The notes under the pieces were generated by a model. It had not been told where the DNA came from. It did not search any database and was given only the letters and a program-made list of their open reading frames with translations. From assembly GCF_024346955.1 (NCBI RefSeq), contig NZ_AP024884.1:610230-642229 (forward strand): 32,000 nt of DNA, in the 5' to 3' direction. The DNA comes from Vibrio mangrovi. Lineage in GTDB: Bacteria > Pseudomonadota > Gammaproteobacteria > Enterobacterales > Vibrionaceae. The position numbers were made by a program, and so were the translations under genes. This document shows, in pieces, positions 10,650-18,175 of the stretch. Within the stretch, counting starts at the first letter, position 1, and the number at the start of each line of letters is the position of its first letter.

Positions 10650-10678
10650 CCGTAACATAATGTCGAATAATGCGCATT
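10650..10678 (-). other. Inverted dif-like XerC/XerD site 2 (attP2-type with 7-nt central region)
   Basis: The reverse complement reads AATGCGCATTA-TTCGACA-TTATGTTACGG. It can pair with site 1 across a 124-nt GC-rich spacer (10526-10649), giving a forked hairpin with a bulged central region. Confidence 0.7.
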
Positions 10679-10744
10679 TTACTTAATTTTCAAAAAAGTA
10701 GAATTTATAATGCTTGCCTCATTAGTTGCATATGGTAAGTATTA

Positions 10745-11308
10745 ATGTATAAAAAACAATTTATTGACGCCTTTAACATCACTAAATCTTTAGGTTTTGA
10801 GACAGATTCTATTGATCTAAACGGGGCACTTCTTGACCAAAATACTCGAGCTAAGATTTATTCAACTATCCAAAATCAACTTGGTAAATTCAGTCCCGAA
10901 GAAGTATCTCAACAGTGCTTTGGGGCTACATACATCTTGAAGAATGAGTTAGAACAACTTTTAGATAAAAAGTTTTATTACACCTTGGGCTATATTGATT
11001 TAGAAGGAAAGTCAGTTTTCTATACTGACTTTGATGTTCTTAAAGGTTATATGGGACAACAGAATAAAACGTTTAGCCAGCCTATAAATCTTCATGCTTG
11101 GTTAACTACTACGGGTGGTGAAATTATTGACGCTACTTTGATGACTACTCTTAGTGTCGTTCGCAAGCAACCTGAGTTATTGGGCGGTGTAATTGCTTCC
11201 GTCAATGAATCACTTACTGATTTGAGTTACCATCCACAAATCATTGGCGAAGAATATCTTAAAGATTGTGGTTTCATGGTTGATTTCGAATTCTGGGAAT
11301 TTTCGTAA
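10745..11308 (+). CDS. Hypothetical protein; possible transglutaminase-like/papain-fold Cys-His-Asp enzyme
   Basis: 187-aa ORF with TATAAT-like and SD-like sequences upstream. The motif order QQC58FGATY ... LGY ... LH117AWL ... IID129AT has the spacing typical of the transglutaminase-like core (C, about 59 aa, HAW, 12 aa, D). This is pattern-based only. Confidence 0.5.
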   Translation: MYKKQFIDAFNITKSLGFETDSIDLNGALLDQNTRAKIYSTIQNQLGKFSPEEVSQQCFGATYILKNELEQLLDKKFYYTLGYIDLEGKSVFYTDFDVLKGYMGQQNKTFSQPINLHAWLTTTGGEIIDATLMTTLSVVRKQPELLGGVIASVNESLTDLSYHPQIIGEEYLKDCGFMVDFEFWEFS

Positions 11309-11671
11309 TCCAATTTTTTCATTCGTCGGTGCAGAATCTGACCCGGGATTATCCGGAATAAAGCGGAATAAACCGGAATCTTTGCCCTCGTTTTTTGGGC
11401 TATAAGCATTTAGCTTATAGTCCGAAGAATGAGGAGACAAGCCCCGGTGAAATCATTGCATCCCCTGCATGCAAAGGGCGCGTCAGTGGCATGCAACATG
11501 CCAGGCATTCGTCATTCCCAATCTTTCACAATCCCGATTTACAATATTCCCTTGACCAGATCGGCAATATTCCTAATCTTCGGCTTGGTTCGAAATCTGA
11601 CCCAAAGCGGATTGGATTGGATGCAGAATGGAGTGGTTTTGTATGGGGTGGTTTGCTGGCCGAACCGGAAG

Positions 11672-11695
11672 AAAATTGCAGATCTGCAATTTTTT
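11672..11695. terminator. Palindromic (potentially bidirectional) terminator-like hairpin in the ORF-poor stretch
   Basis: aaaattgca-gatc-tgcaatttt is a perfect 9-bp stem, with an A-run 5' and a T-run 3'. Confidence 0.45.
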
Positions 11696-12255
11696 AGTCT
11701 ACTGATCCTCCCAAGCCAGAAAATGGATCTTTTCTATTCGTCGTCCAGTTACTGGGTTAGGCTTTGACTTAAAAGGGTTTAATAGTAAGAAATAAAATCT
11801 TGCGATCCCTATTGTTTCATCTTTCATTTCATACTCTATCTGACCATACCGGAAGACCATTTACATTTCACATACCCCTTAAATGCTGATTATAGGAGCG
11901 AGGAAGTCCCACGAGTGGGACTGACTTTCACATGTGAAAGTTTTCAGCGCTGCAAAAATTTCGGTATGCCGAATTTTAAGTATTCTCAGATTTTTCAGTC
12001 TATCGGAAGCATTTTTCCCGAGGTTATCCGCACATGATTTGATTCCCTATGGTCATTTTCTATGGATAAAGCTCTCTTTATAGGAGATAGAAGTTCTAAA
12101 AACTCCGGCATTAGCTGAAATAGACTGTCTTAACGGCCTGTTCGGGCATAGGTATTCCTATTGGATACACCATCAAAATATTTCTGCTGATTTCCACCCT
12201 AATTCGGTTTTTCGAGCCCTTTCTCTTGAGTTTTTTAATTAAAGGAGATTCTTAT

Positions 12256-12345
12256 ATGAAGTTTGAACAAATGTTTATACGAATAATACTAGCTATTCGC
12301 TTATTTGAATTAGTCTTGAAATGGCTTGACTATTGGAATAGTTAA
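12256..12345 (+). CDS. Candidate 29-aa small hydrophobic/amphipathic peptide (below the track cutoff)
   Basis: AAAGGAG SD 8 nt upstream of the ATG. Translation is MKFEQMFIRIILAIRLFELVLKWLDYWNS. It is convergent with the 12466-13128 gene and ends at the shared hairpin 12354-12373. Confidence 0.3.
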   Translation: MKFEQMFIRIILAIRLFELVLKWLDYWNS

Positions 12346-12348
12346 GTG

Positions 12349-12373
12349 AAAAAGGGCACCTGTATAGGTGCCC
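12349..12373 (-). terminator. Rho-independent terminator of the 12466-13128 minus-strand gene
   Basis: Stem gggcacc / ggtgccc with loop tgtata. On the minus strand it is followed by TTTTT (the A-run at 12349-12353). Confidence 0.65.
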
Positions 12374-12465
12374 AATATAAAGACCTGTGCAAAATTGCAG
12401 TAACAACTTAATTCGGAATTGCTTGGAGACTTTTGTATCGGACTTTAAGCTAATATGGACTTTTA

Positions 12466-13128
12466 TCAAACACCTAGTTTGGGTATGGGGACTATGGTTT
12501 TAAATAAAGAACTGTAAGGTAATGTAGCCCATTCGTAATTTTTAACTAACCATCCGACAAGGAGTAAAAGGGCTATAAATAGTGCTGTCCCCATACTTTT
12601 TATGAAGAGATGGCGCAATTTTTCACCCCAGTCATATTTGGCCTTGATTCTGTTTTCTTCTGCAATAGCATGCAGTCTGGATGCTAATTGTTTATTATCA
12701 AGTTCCAATTCAGCTTCTTTGAACGCAAGCTTTCTTTCGTGTTCAGAGTTTAATCGCTCAAACTCATCAAATGTTGCTATAAATTTGCGTAGGGCATCAT
12801 CTAGATCGTCTTGAAGTTTATTGTATCCGTCAGGATCTCTTTTGTAATCAAAGACCGCATCATGGGTTCGTTTTCTTAGGTCTTTCAGAAATTCGATGTC
12901 TAAACCATCTAGTGACTTATTCAAATCATTGATTAGACGTGTTCTACGAAGCATTGAGTTCTGGTCAAAACTGGCTGTTGCTTTAATTTGATCCATAATA
13001 GGGTTGTGGGCGAGCTTGGCTACTTGTGCCACTACAGAATTTTTATAGGGATTTTCTGGCTGCTCAGCTAGAAGGCTTTCCATCTTCGGCAAAGATATGC
13101 CAGATGGGTGCTTTTCATCTTTATTCAT
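12466..13128 (-). CDS. Coiled-coil protein with a C-terminal transmembrane anchor, unknown function
   Basis: Preferred start is the internal ATG (MNKDEKH...) with a GGAAGG SD 5 nt upstream. The track start at 13164 lies inside the upstream terminator hairpin. The protein has a long charged helical region and a C-terminal TM helix, TALFIALLLLVGWLV. Confidence 0.6.
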   Translation of the reverse strand: MNKDEKHPSGISLPKMESLLAEQPENPYKNSVVAQVAKLAHNPIMDQIKATASFDQNSMLRRTRLINDLNKSLDGLDIEFLKDLRKRTHDAVFDYKRDPDGYNKLQDDLDDALRKFIATFDEFERLNSEHERKLAFKEAELELDNKQLASRLHAIAEENRIKAKYDWGEKLRHLFIKSMGTALFIALLLLVGWLVKNYEWATLPYSSLFKTIVPIPKLGV

Positions 13129-13186
13129 TTGACCTTCCGTTGGTGAAGAGTTAAAAAGCCGCATGCTTTAATAGCGGCTTATGGTT

Positions 13187-13504
13187 TCATTTTGATTGGT
13201 AAGCTTCTTTCATCTCTTTCATTACGAAGACAATTGCTGTGGCTTGTTTTTCATCGAATCCGGCATTGACTAGTCTGTTAATGTTGTGACGAATTTTTTC
13301 ATATTCTATCTTTACTTCTTGATCTGACAGGGACTTTTCTTTTAATGCCTCTAACGGGGATAGTTTTCTTAATGTCCAGGATCCGTCGTCGTTGTCTATC
13401 CATTGGATGACATCACTTTCTTCCCATTGTAATTCTTTTTGGATTTCATCAGGAATGAGGAAGTAGGACTCTCCATCTTCGTTTTTTTCTATTGTAACTT
13501 TCAT
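13187..13504 (-). CDS. AbrB/SpoVT/MazE-like small DNA-binding protein (copy 1)
   Basis: 105 aa. The N-terminus MKVTIEKNEDGESYFLIPDEIQKELQWEESDVIQWIDNDDGSWTLRK fits the swapped-hairpin AbrB-type pattern. It lies downstream of, and in an operon with, the XRE repressor. At the left-most copy only, a terminator hairpin (aagccgc / gcggctt) spans the duplication edge. Confidence 0.55.
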   Translation of the reverse strand: MKVTIEKNEDGESYFLIPDEIQKELQWEESDVIQWIDNDDGSWTLRKLSPLEALKEKSLSDQEVKIEYEKIRHNINRLVNAGFDEKQATAIVFVMKEMKEAYQSK

Positions 13505-13516
13505 GATAGACCTTGG

Positions 13517-14062
13517 TTACTTGGATTGTTCTTTTGACTTAATGATTTTTATTGTCTGAAGAGCTTCGCTTCCACTTAAACCAAATTCGTTCATCAGGGT
13601 GAATGCCGCTTCTTTTTCACTTTCGGTATCGTTAACTATTTGTTCTACTTTTTTCACTATTCTGTTGGTTTTTACAGCGTTTTCGCCAAACAGATCTCTT
13701 ATTTTACCTTCTTCTTGTAGTGTTTCTTCGGCCTCTTGAGATATCTGTTTCATTCTACTCTTCATTAAGAGGGCTTCGGATAGTTTTACTAATATCTCTT
13801 TTTCTTCGTCTCCCATTTGTCCGATGCTTGACATTAAGTATTGCTCGGCTTTGTCCTGACATTCGTAAGGTTCAGAAATTAGTTCATTGACCGTAACACA
13901 TAGATAGGATGCCAGTTGCTTTAATGTAGATACTTTGGGTTCACTTCGCCCTGTTTCGTACTCAATGAGAGTTCTTTTCGATACCCTGATTGCTTTAGCG
14001 ACATCTTCTTGTGTGAGTTCCATTTTTATTCGTGCTTGCTTGAGTTTTTCTGCAAATGACAT
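13517..14062 (-). CDS. XRE-family helix-turn-helix phage repressor (RstR analogue), copy 1
   Basis: The internal start MSFAEKLKQARIKMELTQEDVAKAIRVSKRTLIEYETGRSEPKVSTLKQLASYL is a canonical XRE HTH N-terminus. It is divergent from the replication gene. The longer 240-aa track ORF would overlap the rep start. Confidence 0.8.
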   Translation of the reverse strand: MSFAEKLKQARIKMELTQEDVAKAIRVSKRTLIEYETGRSEPKVSTLKQLASYLCVTVNELISEPYECQDKAEQYLMSSIGQMGDEEKEILVKLSEALLMKSRMKQISQEAEETLQEEGKIRDLFGENAVKTNRIVKKVEQIVNDTESEKEAAFTLMNEFGLSGSEALQTIKIIKSKEQSK

Positions 14063-14185
14063 CTCATTTGTCCCTATAAAGACATTTATTCTCACATTAT
14101 ATATGCAGTTTTTATCACCACACCCTTGAGGTGATGAAAAGATTACTTTATCATTGAGGAAAAATGCACTTGACAGGTTTTTGGA
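14063..14185. promoter_or_regulatory. Divergent repressor/replication control region (copy 1)
   Basis: 123-bp AT-rich spacer between divergent genes. It contains the inverted repeat atcacc...ggtgat (14114-14135) and TTGACA-like and TATA-like hexamers. Operators were not defined. Confidence 0.4.
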
Positions 14186-15763
14186 ATGTACGATTTTTTG
14201 GAAATCACGGTACCATTCAAGAGTGAGTTTGTGACTCAATCTCTTGGCTGTGGCTATGTGAATTACGAAAAGTTGTCTTCTTTATCCGGCCTGAAAGTTG
14301 GGGCAGGTGATATTGAATTTGGAGTTACGGGAAATAAGGATCTCCGGGATCTTTATATCCCTTGGCAAAAAATTCCTTCAAGTTATACCGATATTGCCTG
14401 TAAAGTTTTTGATGCGAACCCTGCCTGTAATTGTGAATGGGGATATCTTCGTTTTAAAGCATCGCCCGCCAAAATTATGCAGGGTCATAACGTTTATGGC
14501 TCTGACAATCTGCGTAATTGCGTTGAACATCTGATGTTTGCTTTTCTTAAAGCAACCCCGGACCTATTTGACTCACTTGAATGGGGATTAGCTGAACTTT
14601 CACGTATCGATGCTACTTATTCGATTCAGTTTGAGAGTCGGGATGTTTTGGCACAGGCGGTGAACGGTCTTCGAAACGTTTCCAATCGCTATCTTCGTCC
14701 ATCGAACCGCTACATTAACAAAACTTTGGGTGATGACTGTGATGCCAGTGTCTACTGGAGCGCTGCAACGGGCGAAAATCCGGATACAGGACGGACTAAG
14801 ACACTGCTGTTTTATGTTAAGGATGCAGAAATTAAGCATCAGTTAAGTCAGTTGCAATCTCGCGCAAAGAAAGAACGAACTCATCATTACGACCATATTA
14901 TTGCTGAACTCTCATCTCACGAACTACAAGATTTTGTTGCTAATCGGGGACGTTTTGAAGGGCGGGGGAAGAAGCGTTATATCCAGCGTGTCTGCGGCTC
15001 TTCTAATGTTTGGGCGGTTATTCGTTATGCTGAACAGTTTGAACAAATTAATGGCTACTCATTTTGTGAATACCTGTTTAAAGATCTTTTTGGGGATCTC
15101 TTTCTGGCTCTTGAGGGCAATGAGATAGAGGTATTTGACGATCACAAAGTAAAACATGCTTTATATGATATGTATCAGAGCATTACTCCAAAAGGCAACA
15201 TTTCCTACGCAAAGGCAGATCGTATATTCAGATTTTATATGTCTCTCTGCGACCGTGGTTACCACAACATCAAACGGCATACATCAAAGGCAACTCTATC
15301 GCGCAATATGAAAGAACTCTGCGCTATTGGCCTGTCCAAAGCCGATCTTCAGAACCTGCATAACGGTGAGCGCATGAAGTTATCTAAAGTCATCCATTTT
15401 GATTTTGACAATCAAAGGCCGGCGAACTACGTCGAACCCAAATCACCATTTGCCGATGGTTCATCAAATTATCTTGCTGAAATATTTGGGGTCTCTTATC
15501 GCTTATCCCATGACATGGGACTTACGGATAATCCGTCCGACTTTCTTCATGACACACTCAGATTACCGGATGATTTCGATTTTGAACCACTCTTGGATCT
15601 TAATGAGATCCCTATCAGCCCACGTGAATCTATGACTCTCGTTATTTGGCCGGATGGCGAAATAGCACTGACACGACACAGGCAGAAGAAATTTAAGCCT
15701 AACATCATTACCGGCCTGATCAACCCAGAACCGTCTCGTTACTATCAGGCTTATCTACATTGA
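14186..15763 (+). CDS. Filamentous-phage replication initiation protein (gene II / CRI / RstA-type rolling-circle nickase), copy 1
   Basis: 525 aa. The N-terminus MYDFLEITVPFKSEFV parallels f1 gene II MIDMLVLRLPFIDSLV. It is the first and largest gene of the rightward operon, divergent from the repressor. Confidence 0.75.
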   Translation: MYDFLEITVPFKSEFVTQSLGCGYVNYEKLSSLSGLKVGAGDIEFGVTGNKDLRDLYIPWQKIPSSYTDIACKVFDANPACNCEWGYLRFKASPAKIMQGHNVYGSDNLRNCVEHLMFAFLKATPDLFDSLEWGLAELSRIDATYSIQFESRDVLAQAVNGLRNVSNRYLRPSNRYINKTLGDDCDASVYWSAATGENPDTGRTKTLLFYVKDAEIKHQLSQLQSRAKKERTHHYDHIIAELSSHELQDFVANRGRFEGRGKKRYIQRVCGSSNVWAVIRYAEQFEQINGYSFCEYLFKDLFGDLFLALEGNEIEVFDDHKVKHALYDMYQSITPKGNISYAKADRIFRFYMSLCDRGYHNIKRHTSKATLSRNMKELCAIGLSKADLQNLHNGERMKLSKVIHFDFDNQRPANYVEPKSPFADGSSNYLAEIFGVSYRLSHDMGLTDNPSDFLHDTLRLPDDFDFEPLLDLNEIPISPRESMTLVIWPDGEIALTRHRQKKFKPNIITGLINPEPSRYYQAYLH

Positions 15764-15773
15764 GGTGAATTAC

Positions 15774-16079
15774 ATGCAAGTCTTTTTCATTAGTGCAACA
15801 CATCGCTTTGGTACATCGTTTAAAAAGAGCCCTCAGGGAGTTCAGTATGACATCTGCAATCTGGCCTATGGCGATCCTGTCGAACCGGTAAGTCAACCGA
15901 ATATGACCTTTTACGGTCATGGTGCTCAGGTCAGAGAAATTGGTCTGGCGAAAACGGCTATGTCGAGTTTTGAGACAGTGAAAGTCGGACAGCTTATTGA
16001 ACTCATTTTTACTCCGAATCCGGAAAATCCCCGGATGAATATTGTGTCCGGCTGGAAACCGGTGAAGCAGGAAGGTTAA
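15774..16079 (+). CDS. Putative ssDNA-binding protein (gene V / RstB positional analogue), copy 1
   Basis: About 101 aa, immediately after rep. The SD context ttGAGGTGaatta is the same 13-mer found before zot. Assigned by size and position only. Confidence 0.45.
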   Translation: MQVFFISATHRFGTSFKKSPQGVQYDICNLAYGDPVEPVSQPNMTFYGHGAQVREIGLAKTAMSSFETVKVGQLIELIFTPNPENPRMNIVSGWKPVKQEG

Positions 16080-16085
16080 TCCGGT

Positions 16086-16319
16086 ATGGCTTTATGTGTA
16101 GAGCAAGGAGAACAGGGATATTTGTACATCTCCGGCTCTGCCATCAACGAATGTTCATCGTTGGTTGTTTTGACCGTCGATGAATATAAAGCAAATACAG
16201 TTCAGCTAAATCCTTCAGAAATTTCTAGTCTGTTCTTCTTTGCTTTTGGTCTTGTCCTCGTCTCTTACAAAATATCCTGGGTCGTGGGCGTTATGAAAAA
16301 TCTCATTGGTAAAATATAG
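16086..16319 (+). CDS. Small membrane protein (putative minor coat/morphogenesis protein), copy 1
   Basis: 77 aa with a C-terminal hydrophobic helix LFFFAFGLVLVSYKISWVVGV. Its C-terminal tail NLIGKI resembles that of the major coat (RMIGKI). Confidence 0.5.
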   Translation: MALCVEQGEQGYLYISGSAINECSSLVVLTVDEYKANTVQLNPSEISSLFFFAFGLVLVSYKISWVVGVMKNLIGKI

Positions 16320-16327
16320 GTGGATTT

Positions 16328-16558
16328 ATGTTCATTCAAAAAATTAAAACTTTCTTGATGGCTTCTTTTGCTATGGCCATTACCGCGCCTGCATTTGCGG
16401 AGGATCCTGCAACTTCAAATCCCGTTCAGCAATTGATGGACTCCATTGATATTTCAGGAGTCAGTGCGATCGTTGTTTCCTTTGGCGTGCTTATTCTTGG
16501 TGTGAAGTTTGGTGAGAAAGGGATCGTCTTTGCAAAACGTATGATTGGTAAAATCTGA
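16328..16558 (+). CDS. Major coat protein (pVIII/Cep-like) precursor, copy 1
   Basis: 76 aa. Signal peptide MFIQKIKTFLMASFAMAITAPAFA, then a mature peptide of about 52 aa with an acidic N-terminus (EDPATS), a hydrophobic core (VSAIVVSFGVLILGV) and a basic C-terminus (KFGEKGIVFAKRMIGKI). Good AGGTGG SD. Confidence 0.85.
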   Translation: MFIQKIKTFLMASFAMAITAPAFAEDPATSNPVQQLMDSIDISGVSAIVVSFGVLILGVKFGEKGIVFAKRMIGKI

Positions 16559-16653
16559 TGTATGTTGCGGTTGCCTCCATTCAGTTTTATTGCGTCATTC
16601 TGTTTCTGGGGGGACTTTGTGGAATTGCCTGCGTTATAGGCTTCAGGGGGTAA
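16558..16653 (+). CDS. Candidate 31-aa hydrophobic protein (pVII/pIX-like minor coat candidate), copy 1; not in the track
   Basis: The ATG overlaps the coat stop (cTGATG). Translation is MYVAVASIQFYCVILFLGGLCGIACVIGFRG. It ends inside the terminator hairpin. Confidence 0.35.
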   Translation: MYVAVASIQFYCVILFLGGLCGIACVIGFRG

Positions 16654-16667
16654 CATACCCCTTTTTT
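16647..16667 (+). terminator. Short rho-independent terminator/attenuator after the coat gene, copy 1
   Basis: ggggta-aca-tacccc followed by T6. The placement after the major coat gene parallels the Ff phages. Confidence 0.55.
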
Positions 16668-16692
16668 ACTTGTTAAACAGAGGACTAATTAC

Positions 16693-18171
16693 ATGATATT
16701 GAAAAAGTTCTTCGTTTACTTTTTTATATTGAATATAGTCATTCTCCCTTTGAAAAAGGCCAATGCGGTTGTTCCTTTAGTTGTGGGTATTGGATATGCG
16801 GTTGATGTAGCTGCTCCTATTGCGATTCGCTATCTTGCATCTGATATTGCTATTAGTGCCGTTGCCAAAGCTGTACAGGTTTCCAACGCTTACTATTCAG
16901 CGACAGCCACAGCTTCTAACGCAAAGTTTCTGAAATATTTTAAGGGGAAGGCTGCATTAGGAGTTGCTGCATTTGTTGGGGTTCTTGATGCACTTGGTTT
17001 ATACCTGTCAAATGATAGCTTTTATTCCAAAGATGAGAGTTCTCAGGATCCCGGGGCAGCCCAACAAGGGTATTTCTGGAGCTCTCCGGATGGCCAACGT
17101 TCATCTGGTAGTGAAGTTGCTGATATTCGTATTTCAGACCTTAAAGAATCTCATCCAGATAATAATTACATCTATAGAATAGAATCCAGTTCTGACAACT
17201 CTATTCGTTATTATTTCTATCGGGTTGATACTGATACTCAAGGGAATGTTTCTGAAATTTATACCAGTGCCCGAACAGTATCTCGTCATGAATGTTCTTC
17301 GTCAAATGGGGTTGGTGTATCCAGTTGTTCTTCTGATTTTGATCCTAATTTTGGTTTAAAAGTCGAAGATTCTGATGTGCAGACTTCAGTTCTTGATTAT
17401 TTATCTTCTCTTGATGAGTCTAAACAGTTGGAATTTTTTGCTGATCCTGATGGTGTTCTAGATTCAGCTTTGGTTGAAGATCTGACGGTTGACGATGCTC
17501 CTCCAATGCTTGATGGTGAGAGTCCTATTCCCAATATTGGCGATCAGTCATGGTCTGATGCCCATATGATTACAACGGGTGTCGCTCAGTCTTCAGATTC
17601 CTCTGCTGCAAATTATGTCCCTCAGGATGATTGGGATAATGCCTATTATCTGGCAAATACTGTTGCTAATGGGAATGACTATATTACCGGATTGAATTCT
17701 GGTGCAGTTTCTATTCCTGATACAACAGGGACGACGCCTAATACCACAACTGGTGAGGGCAGTGTGAAAGTTGATCTTTCCAGTATTGAATCTCGTATTG
17801 ATACAACGAATTCCCTGAATCAGTCCATTCTTGAGGAATTTCAGAAGATCAATTCAACAACAACTCAGACTAAAAAGTCATTTGATGAGAGCAACCGTTA
17901 TTCGTTCTGGACTCCTATTTATCCTAATGGATTTGAAGGTGTGTTGAATGCTTTCATTGAAAAAATGAAACAGACTGATGCTTATCAGTTTCTGAGTGGA
18001 TTTACTTTGAATCTTTCATCTGGAGTCTATCCGGTGACTGAATTTTGCTTTACTGAACTTGGTTTTGGCTGCTTCGAGTTGAAGCTGGATGCGAATGTCT
18101 GGCTGGCAATTAAGTCGATGGTGATCCTTTTTTCTCTGGTAATGGCAAGACGTATTGTGTTTGGAGGTTAA
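16693..18171 (+). CDS. Minor coat adsorption protein (pIII/OrfU-like), copy 1
   Basis: 492 aa. N-terminal signal sequence MILKKFFVYFFILNIVILPLKKANA, Ser/Thr/Asp/Gly-rich linkers, and a C-terminal membrane anchor VWLAIKSMVILFSLVMARRIVFGG. It lies between the coat and pVI-like genes. Confidence 0.75.
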   Translation: MILKKFFVYFFILNIVILPLKKANAVVPLVVGIGYAVDVAAPIAIRYLASDIAISAVAKAVQVSNAYYSATATASNAKFLKYFKGKAALGVAAFVGVLDALGLYLSNDSFYSKDESSQDPGAAQQGYFWSSPDGQRSSGSEVADIRISDLKESHPDNNYIYRIESSSDNSIRYYFYRVDTDTQGNVSEIYTSARTVSRHECSSSNGVGVSSCSSDFDPNFGLKVEDSDVQTSVLDYLSSLDESKQLEFFADPDGVLDSALVEDLTVDDAPPMLDGESPIPNIGDQSWSDAHMITTGVAQSSDSSAANYVPQDDWDNAYYLANTVANGNDYITGLNSGAVSIPDTTGTTPNTTTGEGSVKVDLSSIESRIDTTNSLNQSILEEFQKINSTTTQTKKSFDESNRYSFWTPIYPNGFEGVLNAFIEKMKQTDAYQFLSGFTLNLSSGVYPVTEFCFTELGFGCFELKLDANVWLAIKSMVILFSLVMARRIVFGG

Positions 18172-18175
18172 TCCT

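Noticed and set aside
10492-10678. Imperfect inverted repeats flanking a GC-rich core initially looked like a superintegron attC (VCR-type) recombination site.
   Set aside because: The repeat arms are XerC/XerD half-sites (TGCGCATTA ... TTATGTT) identical to the dif at 30664-30691, not attC R/L boxes. No integron integrase or cassette array is nearby.
11395-11767. Overlapping 100-aa and 112-aa plus-strand ORFs, and the 76/60-aa minus-strand ORFs at 11210-11440.
   Set aside because: They overlap one another in different frames. The 100-aa ORF has a TTG start and no SD. The YSPKNE peptide shared between the strands results from a DNA palindrome around 11390-11432. They may be decayed coding remnants, but they are not supportable genes.
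14063-14239. The 240-aa form of the repressor ORF (track 13517-14239, and 22257-22979).
   Set aside because: The 59-aa N-terminal extension overlaps the divergent rep start by 54 nt and has an odd composition. The internal Met gives a textbook XRE HTH N-terminus (MSFAEKLKQARIK...).
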